Program-made: the position numbers and the translations under genes
Shown: one piece after another, positions 35,431 to 46,934 of the stretch
Layout of the letters: every line of letters starts with the position of its first letter
How positions within the stretch are numbered: position 1 is the first letter of the stretch
Source of the DNA: Octopus bimaculoides
Lineage: Eukaryota
Assembly: GCF_001194135.2 (NCBI RefSeq)
Contig: NC_068989.1
Span: 82,223,733 to 82,270,666 of the forward strand
Direction: 5' to 3'
DNA length: 46,934 bases
Notes under the pieces: model-generated
The model's database searches: none
Told to the model about the DNA's origin: nothing
Seen by the model: only the letters and a program-made list of their open reading frames with translations

Positions 35431-37599
35431 ACATAAAACCCTTATGCATTGGGTATCAGGGCATGAGGAACTAATTCATATACATTACATTTGCCAAGTC
35501 AAGCTAAGACAATCTGAAAGTTTTTTTTCCTTTCTTAGCATGCTGGAGGGAGCTTGAAATTATCTGGGCATGCTCAAGGCAACCTAAGAACCCTGGTTAC
35601 CACCAGCTTTCTGAATTGAGTCCATTCAGTGCTTCAAACATTTACACCCTTCTTGCCAATACTCCATAAAACTCCTTACCCTCAGAAGGATTTAATAGAG
35701 TGTAGAGGAAACTCTTTTTTGGTTTCTTCAACACTATAAAGGAAGTGTTGAAGAAGGATATTGGTCAGAACTGACCAGTTGATGACACACTCTTTTTTTT
35801 AGGCATCTGTAGGCCCTCTGCCAAACACAATTCCTCTGTTACAGTTCCATTTTCCTATATTCACTCAAAGAAACCAGGGCTATGATTGTAAATCTCCTGT
35901 GATACTGTTGTTACTAGGACAACTTTTGGATCTTACGTTCTGCACAAACATCTTGACTTATATAAACATTATACATATGTTAAACATTAAATAGTATATA
36001 TGTAGCTAATTTGGGATAGAAGGGGACGGCAACTCAGTGTAATGTAGTTGGTAAAGAGGTCAGCTGGCACATGATAGATGTAGTTTCAGTTCCCTGGAGA
36101 GTTCGTTGTTGTTTTTCCAATGTTAAATTAGTGCTTAGATAGCTATAATGTTTAATATTGTTTATATTAAATATCTTAGCCATTAATTTCTAATTTTTCC
36201 CATACATACACACCCATATATATACACACAAGTATAATAGATTTGCAAAGTAGTACAAAACAAAAGGGACTCAATATGCCTAAAAGAGTGTGTGTGTGTA
36301 TATATAATATTTTCAAGTAGTACAGTATATATTGCAGTCAAAAATATAGACATGCTCAATAGAGCTTAATATTGGAAGTTGTGTAATGCTATGTGATTCT
36401 ATAACTAGATGATGCAAGGCAGTACACATAATCAGTTATCTGTCATGCATCAGGGGTGTCCTCTTTGAAATTCTTAAGGAAATATTTGAACATGTGTTGG
36501 CAAGCTGAAATTAGTTTGTATTTTCCTTTACGATAGGAACAGAACAGTGAATGGTGTGAAGTTTCTTAATTTGGCTGGGGTCACAGGATGCCTAAATGTC
36601 TACCCGATCTAATACTGCCCATGAGATATTGGCAGTCTTGGCTTTGTATCTCAATTCACAAATGTACTTTGAAAGTGTTGTGGTATTTTCTAGGAAGCAA
36701 TGATGGATCAAACAATTGTGCTAGTACAGGCAACTCTTAAAAGAGTTCTATATAGTTAGTTGATATGTTATTAGTGAAGATATCATCCTGGTATGCAATA
36801 ATTTTCTCCTTTAAGAACAAACCTCTATATTTTGCTAATTGCTTGTTGACTCCTTTCACTCAACATCTGTTTGCAATATTTTTGCATTGTGATTCTACAC
36901 AGTACTTCACTTTACAAGCATATGTTGGTTTTGGTGAACAATTTGTGGGATTTATGGCTGAAGGGGAAATGCTCTTTGATTAGTGAAAGGAAATATTTTG
37001 CATAACTAGTTTTCCACACCAATGGTGGGTTATACCATATATTATTGTTTTCTTTGTATTTTTACAGTAGCTGCTAGATGGTGTTGCTGAGTACTATATT
37101 CATTCTTGCTATCGTTTTTTTTATAGTGTCCCATTGTAGCAATTTGCAGTCCTGTTGAAAGTGGCTTCATTAGAAGCCTATACTTGCTATGATGCTTGGT
37201 TGAGAAGTTTACTTCACAGCCATTTGGTTTAATGTCCAAACTCACTGCTTTGTGCTTTAGTCAAGTGTTTTTGTCTATACCTGTAAGATGATCAATACCT
37301 GTAAATGAAATTCAACAGAAAACTGTATGAAAGTCCACCATCTCTGCATGAATATGTGTGTATTTGTATTCATGCATGTGTGTTTGATTAATTCTGTACA
37401 TCTGTACATCTGATGGCACTTGCTCAAGGTGGTACTGAACCTGAAGCTATGAGGTTCAGAAGTGAACTTCTTAATCACACAATAGTGTCTGTGCCAACAT
37501 AAAAAAAATACAAATACAAAAAGGAAAAAACTAGTGGCCTTGTATCTGAGCTATAAACCTTGGCCATGTCAGGAGTTCATAGCATGTAACAATAATTTT

Positions 37600-38245
37600 T
37601 AGTTTAGACACAAGGATGGGGGTGAGGCAGGGGTTAAATGTTAAATCGACCTCCCCCCCCTCACCGAATTAGGAGGTACTTTATTTTATTGACTCCAGAA
37701 GGAAGAAAAGTAAAGTTAACTTCAGTGGGATTTGAACACAGAACATACAATGTTGGAAGAAATCCCAACATTTGATGCTCTACTGATTCTATCAACTCAG
37801 TGTCCCTTTCCTCTTGTAATAACAATTCTTTCTACTACAGGTACAATGCCTAAAAATTTGTGAGGAAGGGGTTAGTGAATTACAACTGGTATTTATTTTA
37901 TTGATCCCAAGAAGATGAGAAGCAAAGTTGACCTCAGAAGAATTTGAACTCAAAATGTAAAAAGTCGGAAGAAATGCTGTGAAGTATTTTGCTTAACCCT
38001 TTTGGTAGCAACCTGGCTGAAACCGGCTCTGGCTCTGTAGTACAAACATCTTGTTTTCATAAGTTCTGAATTAAAATCTTCCACCAAACCTTAGTCTCAA
38101 TTTATGTTCCTAACACTAAATGATAACTAGGTTATTTTACGAAATATTTTGTTATATTTAAAATTAATTGAAAGAAACACAGAGCATCTCAACAGAAATA
38201 TGGTAACGAAAGGGTTAACACGCTAACAATTCTGCCAGCTCATAA
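37600..38245 (-). mobile_element. Two diverged SINE family B copies, the second carrying a piggyBac-type MITE
   Basis: ggtactttattttattgactccagaagg...ggatttgaacacagaac, and ctggtatttattttattgatccc...aatttgaactcaaaatg...[MITE]...cgctaacaattctgccagctc. Confidence 0.75.
37997..38214. mobile_element. piggyBac-type MITE with TTAA target duplication
   Basis: TTAA(37993-37996)-cccttttggtagca ... tggtaacgaaaggg-TTAA(38215-38218); the host SINE reads through once the insert is removed. Confidence 0.85.
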
Positions 38246-38863
38246 CCTTTTAATAATAATAATATCATTATTTAATAATAACAATATTGTAATAACAATA
38301 TTTCTGATTTTAATCAGAGCAAATTCTTGCAATTATTACTGAAGGTAAGAGTTGTAATTAGGAAGGAGCTCGTTACAGTTTTTGATGGACAGATGAGAGA
38401 GTGAGACAAGGAAAAAGAAACAGTAACAAAAACATGCAATTAAGATAGATATTCAGTCAAGCTTTAATTAGTACAAATTAATTACTCTATTTGTAGTAAA
38501 TTTCTCAGGAGAGCTTGACCGCACACTCTTGCATCATAACATAGCTGGTTAAGAAATATGGACATGGACTGGCAAAATTGATAGAGCATTGTTCAAAATG
38601 TCCAATCATCCTTAAATGTTCTGAGTTCAAATTCCACCAAGGTTGACACTGATTTTCATTGGTTTGAGTCATTTCAAGGAAACCGTGTGGTTAAGAACTT
38701 CACTGTACAATAAAATGGAGTTGATCCTATTACATAGCACTTTGGATGTATGTCTTTTACCATGATCATGGACAATACCTTGTGACTGGAATTTATTATT
38801 TAAGAGAGAACTGTGCTGAGCCTATCATATAATTATATGTATAGGTATGTGTGTGTGCATGAG

Positions 38864-39032
38864 TACTACACTCTCTGAGTGGTTGGCGTTAGGAAGGGCA
38901 TCCAGCTGTAGAAACTCTGCCAAATCAGACTGGAGCCTGGTGTTGCCATCCGGTTTCACCAGTCCTCAGTCAAATCGTCCAACCCATGCTAGCATGGAAA
39001 GCGGACGTTAAACGATGATGATGATGATGATG
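38864..39032 (+). mobile_element. SINE family C, low-divergence copy
   Basis: actacactctctgagtggttggcgttaggaagggcatccagctgtagaaac...ccatgctagcatggaaagcggacgttaaac(gat)n. Confidence 0.9.
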
Positions 39033-39086
39033 AAATACACATATATATTATATAAATACACATATATATTATATAAATACATATAT

Positions 39087-39514
39087 TGTGTGGTAAGAAG
39101 CATGCTTCCCAACCACAGGTTTCAGGTTCAGTCCCACTGTGTGGCACCTTGGGCACGTGTGTTCTACTATAGCCTCAGGCTGACCAAAGTCTTGTGAGTA
39201 GATTTGGCAGAAGGAAACTGAAAGAAGTATGTCATGTATATATATATATATATATATATACATGACATATATATATATATGTGTGTGTGTGTGTGTCTGT
39301 GTTTGTCCCGCCATTCACAACTTGATAACTGGTGTTGGCGTGTTTACATCCCCATAATTTAACAGGTCAGCAAAAGAGACCGATAGAATAACTACCAGGC
39401 ATAAAATAAGTATAAAATAAGTACTGGAGTTGATACATTCAACTAAAAATTCTTCAAAGTGGTACTCCAGCATGACAGCACTTTAATAACTGGAACAAGT
39501 AAAAGATAAAAGAT
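39087..39514 (+). mobile_element. SINE family A
   Basis: tgtgtggtaagaagcatgcttcccaaccacagg...ggttcagtcccactgtgtggcaccttgggc...ggaacaagtaaaagataaaag. Confidence 0.9.
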
Positions 39515-39567
39515 ACATATATACATACAAACACACACATATATACACACACACATACATACATACA

Positions 39568-39603
<36 letters not shown>

Positions 39604-39710
39604 TATATATACTGAGGGTGATAAATTGAATATTAATTTAATTAACATCAATTTAAAACCAGTGGCCTAGCATATATAAAAATCTGAAAATTCAGAAAAA
39701 TTGTATTACA

Positions 39711-39913
39711 TGCGTATAAGAAGGGATGACCACTAAGTGGACATCCGATATGCTAGAAAAAGATCATCTACGATCTAACCACAAAGAAAAGAATGTTCTC
39801 TGGTGTTTGCTGAATTTTTTCTGGAGAACATTCTTTTCTTTGTGGTTAGATCATAGATGATCTTTTTCTAGCATATCGGATGTCCACTTAGTGGTCATCC
39901 CTTCTTCTACGCA
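39711..39913. mobile_element. Foldback/MITE-like palindrome, 203 bp with 90-bp arms
   Basis: Arms 39711-39800 and 39824-39913 are reverse complements with 2 mismatches; 23-bp spacer; right flank TA, left flank CA. Confidence 0.9.
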
Positions 39914-40422
39914 TATATATATATACATACACACATACATAAGTTAAACACATACTTTTGTTGCGAATACAGCAAGATTTAAGAGAAACTACATAAATAT
40001 GTAAATATGCAGACAGATGTAAACGTGTGACATTTTACAAATATTTCAGTAGACAAGAAACAGTGTGAATGATCTGATATGAGTTTTGTTTCCTTCCTCC
40101 GAGACTATGTACACTTCATTCTGGCCACAGACTAATACTAGACTCTCTGTCTTTCATCACATATGTATTTATTTATATACACACACACACACACACACAC
40201 ATGTACACATATAAAATCAAACACACACACACATATATCGTTCGTTTTAACATCTGTTTTTCCATACTTGCATGTAATTTGGCTTGGAATTACTTGAGGT
40301 TGGATTTTACAGTCAGATGCTCTTCCTGTCACAAACCTTGTTTGTTTTTCTAGTAAAGGAGTAGTGGACAATTGGTCCTCATCATATTAAGAGACAAGAA
40401 TGGAATATAAACATTTTTGTAC

Positions 40423-40449
<27 letters not shown>

Positions 40450-40464
<15 letters not shown>

Positions 40465-40625
40465 AGGATAGGCTGCTTGTAGTTTCTGTCCATTGAATAA
40501 CCTTACATAGCATTGATAGGTTTGGGCTATTATAGGAAACGCTCATCCAAAGTACCAACGACTGGGACTGAACTCTAAACCATGTAGCTGGGAAGTAAAG
40601 TTCTTAACCACACACCCATGCCTCC
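40450..40625 (-). mobile_element. SINE family A 5' half, old copy
   Basis: gggactgaactctaaaccatgtagctgggaagtaaagttcttaaccacacacccatgcctcc. Confidence 0.6.
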
Positions 40626-40680
40626 ACCTATCTCTCTCTTCCCTCCTTCTCTCTATGTATGTATCATCATCATCATCATT

Positions 40681-40871
40681 CTTTTACAAGTTTCAGTCAT
40701 TTGACTGTGGCCATGTTGGAGCACCGCTTTTATTTGAACAAATCGACCCCAAGAATTATTCTTTGTAAGCCTAGTATTTATTCTATCAGTCTCTTTTGCT
40801 GAACTGCTAAGTTTCAGGGACATAAACACACCAACATCAGTTGTCATGTGATGGTGGGGGGAGTCACATAA

Positions 40872-40914
<43 letters not shown>

Positions 40915-41091
40915 TATATATATATATATATATATACATGATGAGGTTCTGTCAGTTTTCGTCTACCAAATCCATTCACAAGGCTTTGCTCAGCCTGAGG
41001 CTATTGTAGAGAACACTTGCCCAAGTTGCCACGCAGTAGAACTGAACTCAGAACCATGTGATTGGGAAGCAAGCTACTTACCACACAGCTA
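40681..41091 (-). mobile_element. SINE family A
   Basis: tttcagtcatttgactgtggccatgttggagcaccgc...cacttgcccaagttgccacgcagtagaactgaactcagaaccatg. Confidence 0.9.
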
Positions 41092-41347
41092 CGTCTGTGA
41101 CTATGTATGTATGTCATTGTTCAGTTTTATTTCAAGATTTCTTGCCAATAGAGAAAAAGCCGGTTTCTAAGCTAGATTCAAGACTCCTTCATTGGAATTT
41201 CAACATCAATAACAGGGTATGTTTGTTTGTATGTATGTATGTACGTACGTATGTATGTAAGTATGTATGCATATGTGCAGATTTGCTATGCTTTGTATGT
41301 ATGCATGTATGTATGCATGTGCCTTTCAATAATCTATATTACTAAAA

Positions 41348-41643
41348 GTGTGTGGCCTGGTGGTTAGAGTGTTGCACTCATGATCAACAAAACTATGGGT
41401 TCAATTCCAGAACTGGGTGGTACATTGTGTTCTTAAGCCAAACACTTTATTTTATGTTGTTCCAGTCCACTCAACTGTCAATGGGTCACACTTTGGTGGA
41501 TTAGCCTTCCAATCAGGAGGCATATTGACCTGCTTCCCTAGCCAGCAAGGTAGCATCATTCAAAAGCTAAAATGATGCAAAGCTCATTGTGATCAGCGAT
41601 GTATAACAACATCTGACAGTCCAGTTGATCACATGGTCATGTG
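41348..41643 (+). mobile_element. SINE family G, near full length
   Basis: gtgtggcctggtggttagagtg (A-box-like)...gggttcaattcc (B-box-like)...ttgttccagtccactcaactg. Confidence 0.8.
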
Positions 41644-41999
41644 AGATTAGTGAAATATATAAACATTGGTGAGAAGCCAGAGACATTCTTTAAACATTGC
41701 TGCCATCAGAAATACAACGAACCAATGATTGGTTTCTTAGAAATCTGTAAGCAATGCTCACCAATTGTGACCGAAAACAGAACTAATAAATAAAATATTA
41801 AAGTTGATATAAACTACAGGGAGGTGGTGCCCTAGTATGGCCTGGGTCCAGTGACTGAAATGAAGAAATTAAAAATAAAATATAAGTTTAGTAATAGTTT
41901 GGGCGAAAGTTTGACGAGAGAACTTTCAATTTAAAATTACTTCAACTTTACATAACTACTGAGTTATTCTTCTCTGTTCTGTTGCTAGGTAACAGTGAA

Positions 42000-43010
42000 T
42001 GTGTGTGTGTGTGTGGGAGGGGGTGAATTGGGATAGTGATAATAACTACTACACTACCACTCATACTACTACAGCCATTACTATACCAGTTGAGGCGCTA
42101 TTATTATTATTATTATTATTATTTCTTAAAACCAAGGTCATACTAATTCAGACAGTTGCATTCATCATACTATAACGTATACTAGTGCTATTCTATACCA
42201 GTTGAACACTATCTTCCCTACCACTATAGCTAGTACCGCCTATGTCACAATATCTGAAACACAGTGAAGGAACATGTAGATTGTTCAATTCAAACACTGG
42301 TGTTACAACACTACCGCCAACACCATCGCAACATGGCATACAAGAACACTTCACCATCACATCCAACACTATTACAATACTACATGCAACACTACCACGC
42401 ACACACACTACATCCAGACTGCCACATCCAACAGCATCCCAATACTATATCCAATACCACCACATCCAACACTATCAGAAAATACTACATCCAATACCAC
42501 AACACTATATCCATCATCATGCCATTATATTCAACATCACACTACAACATCCAGTATCTCATCCATCACCACCACTACATCACTAGTCACCATCCTTGTA
42601 GAGTGGCGAAGGTGATAGTAAAAATGACTGCATGATGTTGGTCATGATGATGATGGTGATGATGCAATATTGGCATTGACAAATATGATAATGATGATGA
42701 TGATGATGAAGATGAGGGTGACGGTTGGCTGGTTGGTTGGTTGGTTGGTGATGATGGAGGTGACTCAAGACACTTAACAATAATGATGATGATACTGGAT
42801 AATGATGTAATAACGATGATAACAATGATGCTGATTGTGTTGGTGGTGAAGATGACAGGTGATGATGGCAGCGGGGAAGATGATAGTGGTGGTGGTGGGA
42901 AAGATGATGGCGGTGGATGTAGTAGTGAAAATAATAGTGAAATAGTTAGTGATGAAGATGACGATGATGATGATGGAGGTGGTGGTGAGAGTTGCATTAG
43001 CAATGAAAGT
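42000..43010. repeat. Low-complexity ACT/CAT/GAT/GGT tract, with a cryptic acatccaacact-like repeat at 42320-42590
   Basis: Directly visible; explains the H/T/D-rich pseudo-ORFs. Confidence 0.75.
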
Positions 43011-43204
43011 GGCAGTGGCATATATTTATATATATATATTTTCATTTGTTGATTATCAAACATAATAAAATATATAAATACTAGTCTTAGACTTTCCTCT
43101 GATAACCAAGGCTTCATCTTTTCATCAATCTGGAGAGAGAAACTAGCTTTAGCCAATAGCAGAGCAATACTATATCTAGCTCAGATAATAATAATAATAA
43201 TAAT

Positions 43205-43239
<35 letters not shown>

Positions 43240-43240
43240 C

Positions 43241-43580
43241 AAAATACAAAGACCTGGAAATAGAGATAACTCACAATACAAAGACCTGGAAATAGAGATA
43301 ACTCGAATGTGGAATCTAAAAACAGAAACAATTCCTATCATAGTAGGTGCCTTAGGTATAATAAAAAAATATTCAGACAAATACATAACAAAAATAGCAG
43401 GACTTACAAATATATATAACATACAGAAAATTGCACTACTGGGTACTGCACACATCCTACGCAAAACACTTTCAATACAGTAAACATAAGAGCACCACAG
43501 CAAACCACAGCACATACCCAAGGCGCACAGAGCTGCGCTCGGTAGTGAAGTGAAAGCACGTTATAAAAATAAAACTACTG
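43241..43580 (+). mobile_element. R4/Dong-like RLE retrotransposon, 5' truncated, inside an (AAT)n array
   Basis: YKDLEIEITRMWNLKTETIPIIVGALGIIKK...IQKIALLGTAHILRKTLSIQ* (stop at 43481-43483) fits the C-terminus of the restriction-like endonuclease domain; (AAT)n on both sides. Confidence 0.85.
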
Positions 43581-43609
43581 AATAATAATAATAATAATAA
43601 TAACAAATG

Positions 43610-43644
<35 letters not shown>

Positions 43645-44005
43645 TGTTGTTGTTGTTGTTATTGTTCAATCCTTGCCTGCTGCCCCAGTCCAGAACATGG
43701 TGCATCCATCATGTTGGAAATGATTCAGGCATTTTGATAAAAGGAGATCATACCACATTGTTTGCCATCTAAATAAACTTGCTCTGATTTATGACACATC
43801 AGAGGTCAAACAGGACACAGGTTGTGTGTATGAGTAGTGGTAGCGGGTCTAATTGAAATGGTGGAACATAGAATATCAGGAAGGAAGGGAAAAGATGATG
43901 TTCTGGGTTCAATTTCAGTAGAAGCCAAGCTTTTAAAATATATCCATTGTTGTTGTCGTTATTCCTTGTGTTTGTTTTTATTTAATAATGATAACCCTTT
44001 TTTGA

Positions 44006-44412
44006 CTCTTTGCTCTGTTACTTGTTTCAGTAATTTGACTGCGGCCATGCTGGAGCACCACCTTTTAGTCGAGCAAATCGACCCCAGGACTTATTCTTTA
44101 TAAGCCTGGTACTTATTCTATCGGTCTCTTTTGCCGAACCGCTAGTTTAGGGGACGTAAACACACCAGCATCGGTTATCAAGTGATGTTGGGGGGACAAA
44201 CACAGACACACAACATATACACACACATACACATATATATACATTTATATGACAGGCTTCTTTCAGTTTCCGTCTACCAAATCCACTGACAAGGCTTTGG
44301 TCGGCCCGAGGCTATAGTAGAAGACACTTGCCCAAGGTGCCATGCAGTGGGAATAAACCTGAGATCATGTGGTTGGTAAGCAAGCTACTTACCACCCAAC
44401 CACTTCTGCACC
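44006..44412 (-). mobile_element. SINE family A, low-divergence full-length copy
   Basis: gttacttgtttcagtaatttgactgcggccatgctggagcaccaccttttagtcgagcaaatcgaccccagg...caagctacttaccacc. Confidence 0.92.
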
Positions 44413-44627
44413 TTAATAATATCCATTCTTAATTTGTTCTGGCAAATTTTAATGTGAATGAACACATCACTGTTGTATCTCTTTAATGGAGAACAATTCT
44501 TTTCAGACAAATGTGAGTTCATAGCACAAACAATTCATTAGCATAAGTTCTCCCTTACACTAATGAATATGTATGTTATCATTTTGATTCTTGCTGTTCA
44601 ACATGCACATGATGATTTGCAGATACA

Positions 44628-45025
44628 ATGATCCAGTGCAATCACCTAACCAGACATCAGAAACCGGACATTGTTGTAGCGAATAAAAGAGAAAGAACAT
44701 GTATGATTATCGACATAGCATGCTCCAGTGACAACAGGATCAATGTGAAAGAAGAAGAATAAATAACTATGACGATATAAAAAGGGAAATATAAAGGTTG
44801 TGGTCAATGAAAAGAGAAGACATGATACCAATAGTAATTGGTGCACTTGGAAGTATCAGCACTCAACTACCAGCATGGCTGAAAAAGATTGGTGCAAGTG
44901 TGAAGGTAGAACACCTACAAAAAAGCTGTTCTTGAGATATCTTGTCCGTGGACAAGCAAACAAACTAACACAACTGAAAACAATACTTCCACCTTCACTA
45001 AGGCAGAGGTAATAATAATAATAAT
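44628..45025 (+). mobile_element. Second R4/Dong-like subfamily, RLE-domain relic with an (AAT)n tail
   Basis: MIQCNHLTRHQKPDIVVANKRERTCMIIDIACSSDNRINVKEEE* then, after a frameshift, YDDIKREI*RLWSMKREDMIPIVIGALGS...HLQK; PD..D RLE motif; stops present. Confidence 0.8.
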
Positions 45026-45220
45026 GGTTTCAAATTTTGGTACAAAGGCAGCCATTTTGGGGGAGGGGATGAATCGATTACATTGACCGTAGTGTTCAAC
45101 TGGTATTTATTTTATCGACCCCGGAAATATGGAAGGCAAAGTCAACCTTGGCGGAATTTGAACTCAGATTGGCGCGGGGAGCAAAATACTGCTAAGCATT
45201 TCATCCAGCATGCTAACAAT
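45024..45220 (-). mobile_element. SINE family B
   Basis: atggtttcaaattttggtacaaagg...ctggtatttattttatcgacc...ggcaaagtcaaccttggcggaatttgaactcag. Confidence 0.85.
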
Positions 45221-45278
45221 AATAATAATAATAATAATAATATATTCATAATAACAATAATAATAATGTTCTTATTAT

Positions 45279-45640
45279 CAGGTCAGCCTTGATCCAGCAG
45301 AACTATGATCAAATGTTCCTGCATGACCATGCTGTTTAGCCCTAGGTTGGTCCTGATCCAGTAGACATCTCATCAAAGATATGCCTATGTGACCATGTCA
45401 TTATTATTTAGCCCTTGGTCCATCCTGATCCAGCAAACTTAATGATCAAATATGTTCCTGCATGACCATGTTGCTGTTTAACTCCGGGTCAGTCTTATGC
45501 CAGTAGAACTATGATCAAAGGTGTTACAGCCATGTTTTATATATCTAGGACTACATTATCTGATGTGTTCTTTTGTCAAACAAGTGTGATTTGATGGTCA
45601 TGTGGCTGTTATTTCTAGAATGTTGAGCAATTCCTCAAAG
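45279..45640 (+). mobile_element. Repeat family F with its first module tandemly repeated four times
   Basis: Four 55-70 bp units containing gatcca/gccag...atgatcaaa...catgaccatg, then gtgtgatttgatgg...tatttctag. Confidence 0.65.
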
Positions 45641-46419
45641 ACTTTCTCTTTGGTTTGGTGTTTACTTCAGAGATCTCATAGAATTATATGAATGAGAAAT
45701 AAATTTTGTACAGGAGAGGATGCTAGACTTTCTGCAATAAAGAACAGTACCTATTGACCTATAACTTCTTTAGAGAGGCAAGAGCTAACAGCCTGAAACC
45801 TTATCTTCTAAGTTCAACAATGAAATGTAGCCCCACCTTGCTAATAGAGGTGTGAATGGTGTCCTTAGTAGACAGCAATCTGGAGCAATTATCCTGTTTT
45901 TTTTTGTTCTTTAAGTGAAACCAACTCCAATTGCATTTGTGAATGTGATAGAAATATTATACTGAATAGAAATGTCAAAAAACAGAAAAGATGATAGCAG
46001 CAGCGGGAAGACAAGGTTGTATTTTGAAATATTAGTCACTGTTGGTATGTATGTACTCATGGATTTTAAACATAGTTTAATGAAACAACTGAAATACCAA
46101 GGACAGCACTCTTACTGAGACACACAAACACATTCACAACTAAGATACAATACTATGAGAGAAACCACAACATGGTCATTGGATGTGCTAAAGATAGGAG
46201 ACAAACCACTGGTAAAAGACACTACTATCTTTATAACAAAAGGGGTGGGGGATATATTGGAAATGTATTTCAAAATATATAAAAATGTTGGGATGGCCAC
46301 AACTGGAAGGTCTTTGATCATAGATCATCTTATTCAGGTTTGACTATGGCTAAGCAACAACAGCAATTATCTAAGATAATGGAGATAAAAAGTTTGAACT
46401 TCTTTGATATGAAAAGTAA

Positions 46420-46622
46420 CTCTTTTACTCGTTTCAGTCATTTGACTGCAGCCATGCTGGAGCACTGCCTTTAGTCGAGCAAATTGTAAGCCTAGTGCTT
46501 ATTCTATCGGTCTCTTCTGCCAAACCGCTAAGTTACGAGGACGTAAGCACACCAGCATTGGTTATCAAGCGATGTTGGGGGGACAAACACAGGCACACAA
46601 GCATATACACACACATACATAC

Positions 46623-46659
<37 letters not shown>

Positions 46660-46821
46660 ACGGGCTTCTTTCAGTTTCAGTCGACCAAATCCATTCACAA
46701 GGCTTTGGTCTGCCCAAGGCTATAGTAGAAAACACTTGCCCAAGGTGCCATGCAGTGGGACTGAACCTGGAACCATGTGGTTGGTAAGCAAGCTACTTAC
46801 CACACAGCCACTCTTGCGCCT
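46420..46821 (-). mobile_element. SINE family A, full-length copy
   Basis: ctcttttactcgtttcagtcatttgactgcagccatgctggagcactgcc...accacacagccactcttgcgcct. Confidence 0.92.
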
Positions 46822-46934
46822 CTTAGAAAGTTAAATGTTTCTTAGTGAGAGAGAGAGAGAGAGAGAGATGGAGAGACAGACAGATAAAAATATGCCTGTA
46901 GTTTTATTTAGTTATTTCTAAAAGACAAACTTAC

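Noticed and set aside
35724-35755. 12-bp perfect hairpin ttcttcaacact/agtgttgaagaa
   Set aside because: The stem does not extend and is too short for a miRNA precursor; no second copy seen.
42242-43156. H/Q/T-rich and D/G-rich ORFs of 103-189 aa
   Set aside because: Products of trinucleotide low-complexity sequence, open in several frames on both strands.

Overview
AT-rich eukaryotic genomic DNA with roughly 2 kb of scaffold N-gaps. The repeat landscape (tRNA-headed SINEs with internal CA/TA microsatellites, (GAT)n- and (AAT)n-tailed retroposons, dense di/trinucleotide arrays) matches what I recall of Octopus genomes; that assignment is recalled, not database-verified. I find no intact protein-coding gene, and most ORFs in the track are microsatellite or N artefacts. 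Real coding homology is limited to transposon relics: a mariner (D34D) transposase split into an inverted N-terminal piece and a forward C-terminal piece (16.5-17.0 kb), an RTE-clade LINE 3' end (13.4-13.8 kb), and three R4/Dong-like RLE-retrotransposon 3' ends next to (TAA)n arrays (19.0, 43.2, 44.6 kb). The rest is several informal repeat families (labelled A, B, C, D, F and G here), hAT- and piggyBac-type MITEs, and minisatellites. The most interesting unexplained structures are: (i) a 74-nt, 35-position hairpin with pri-miRNA-like geometry at 33132-33205; (ii) a 203-bp foldback element (39711-39913, second copy 26448-26627) whose nested mini-hairpins show compensatory base changes; (iii) a 19-bp minisatellite that arose inside a SINE; and (iv) a set of weak, partly phase-compatible candidate exons (15.9, 31.3, 32.6 kb). 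The window ends on a minus-strand GTAAGT, so much of it may be intronic.
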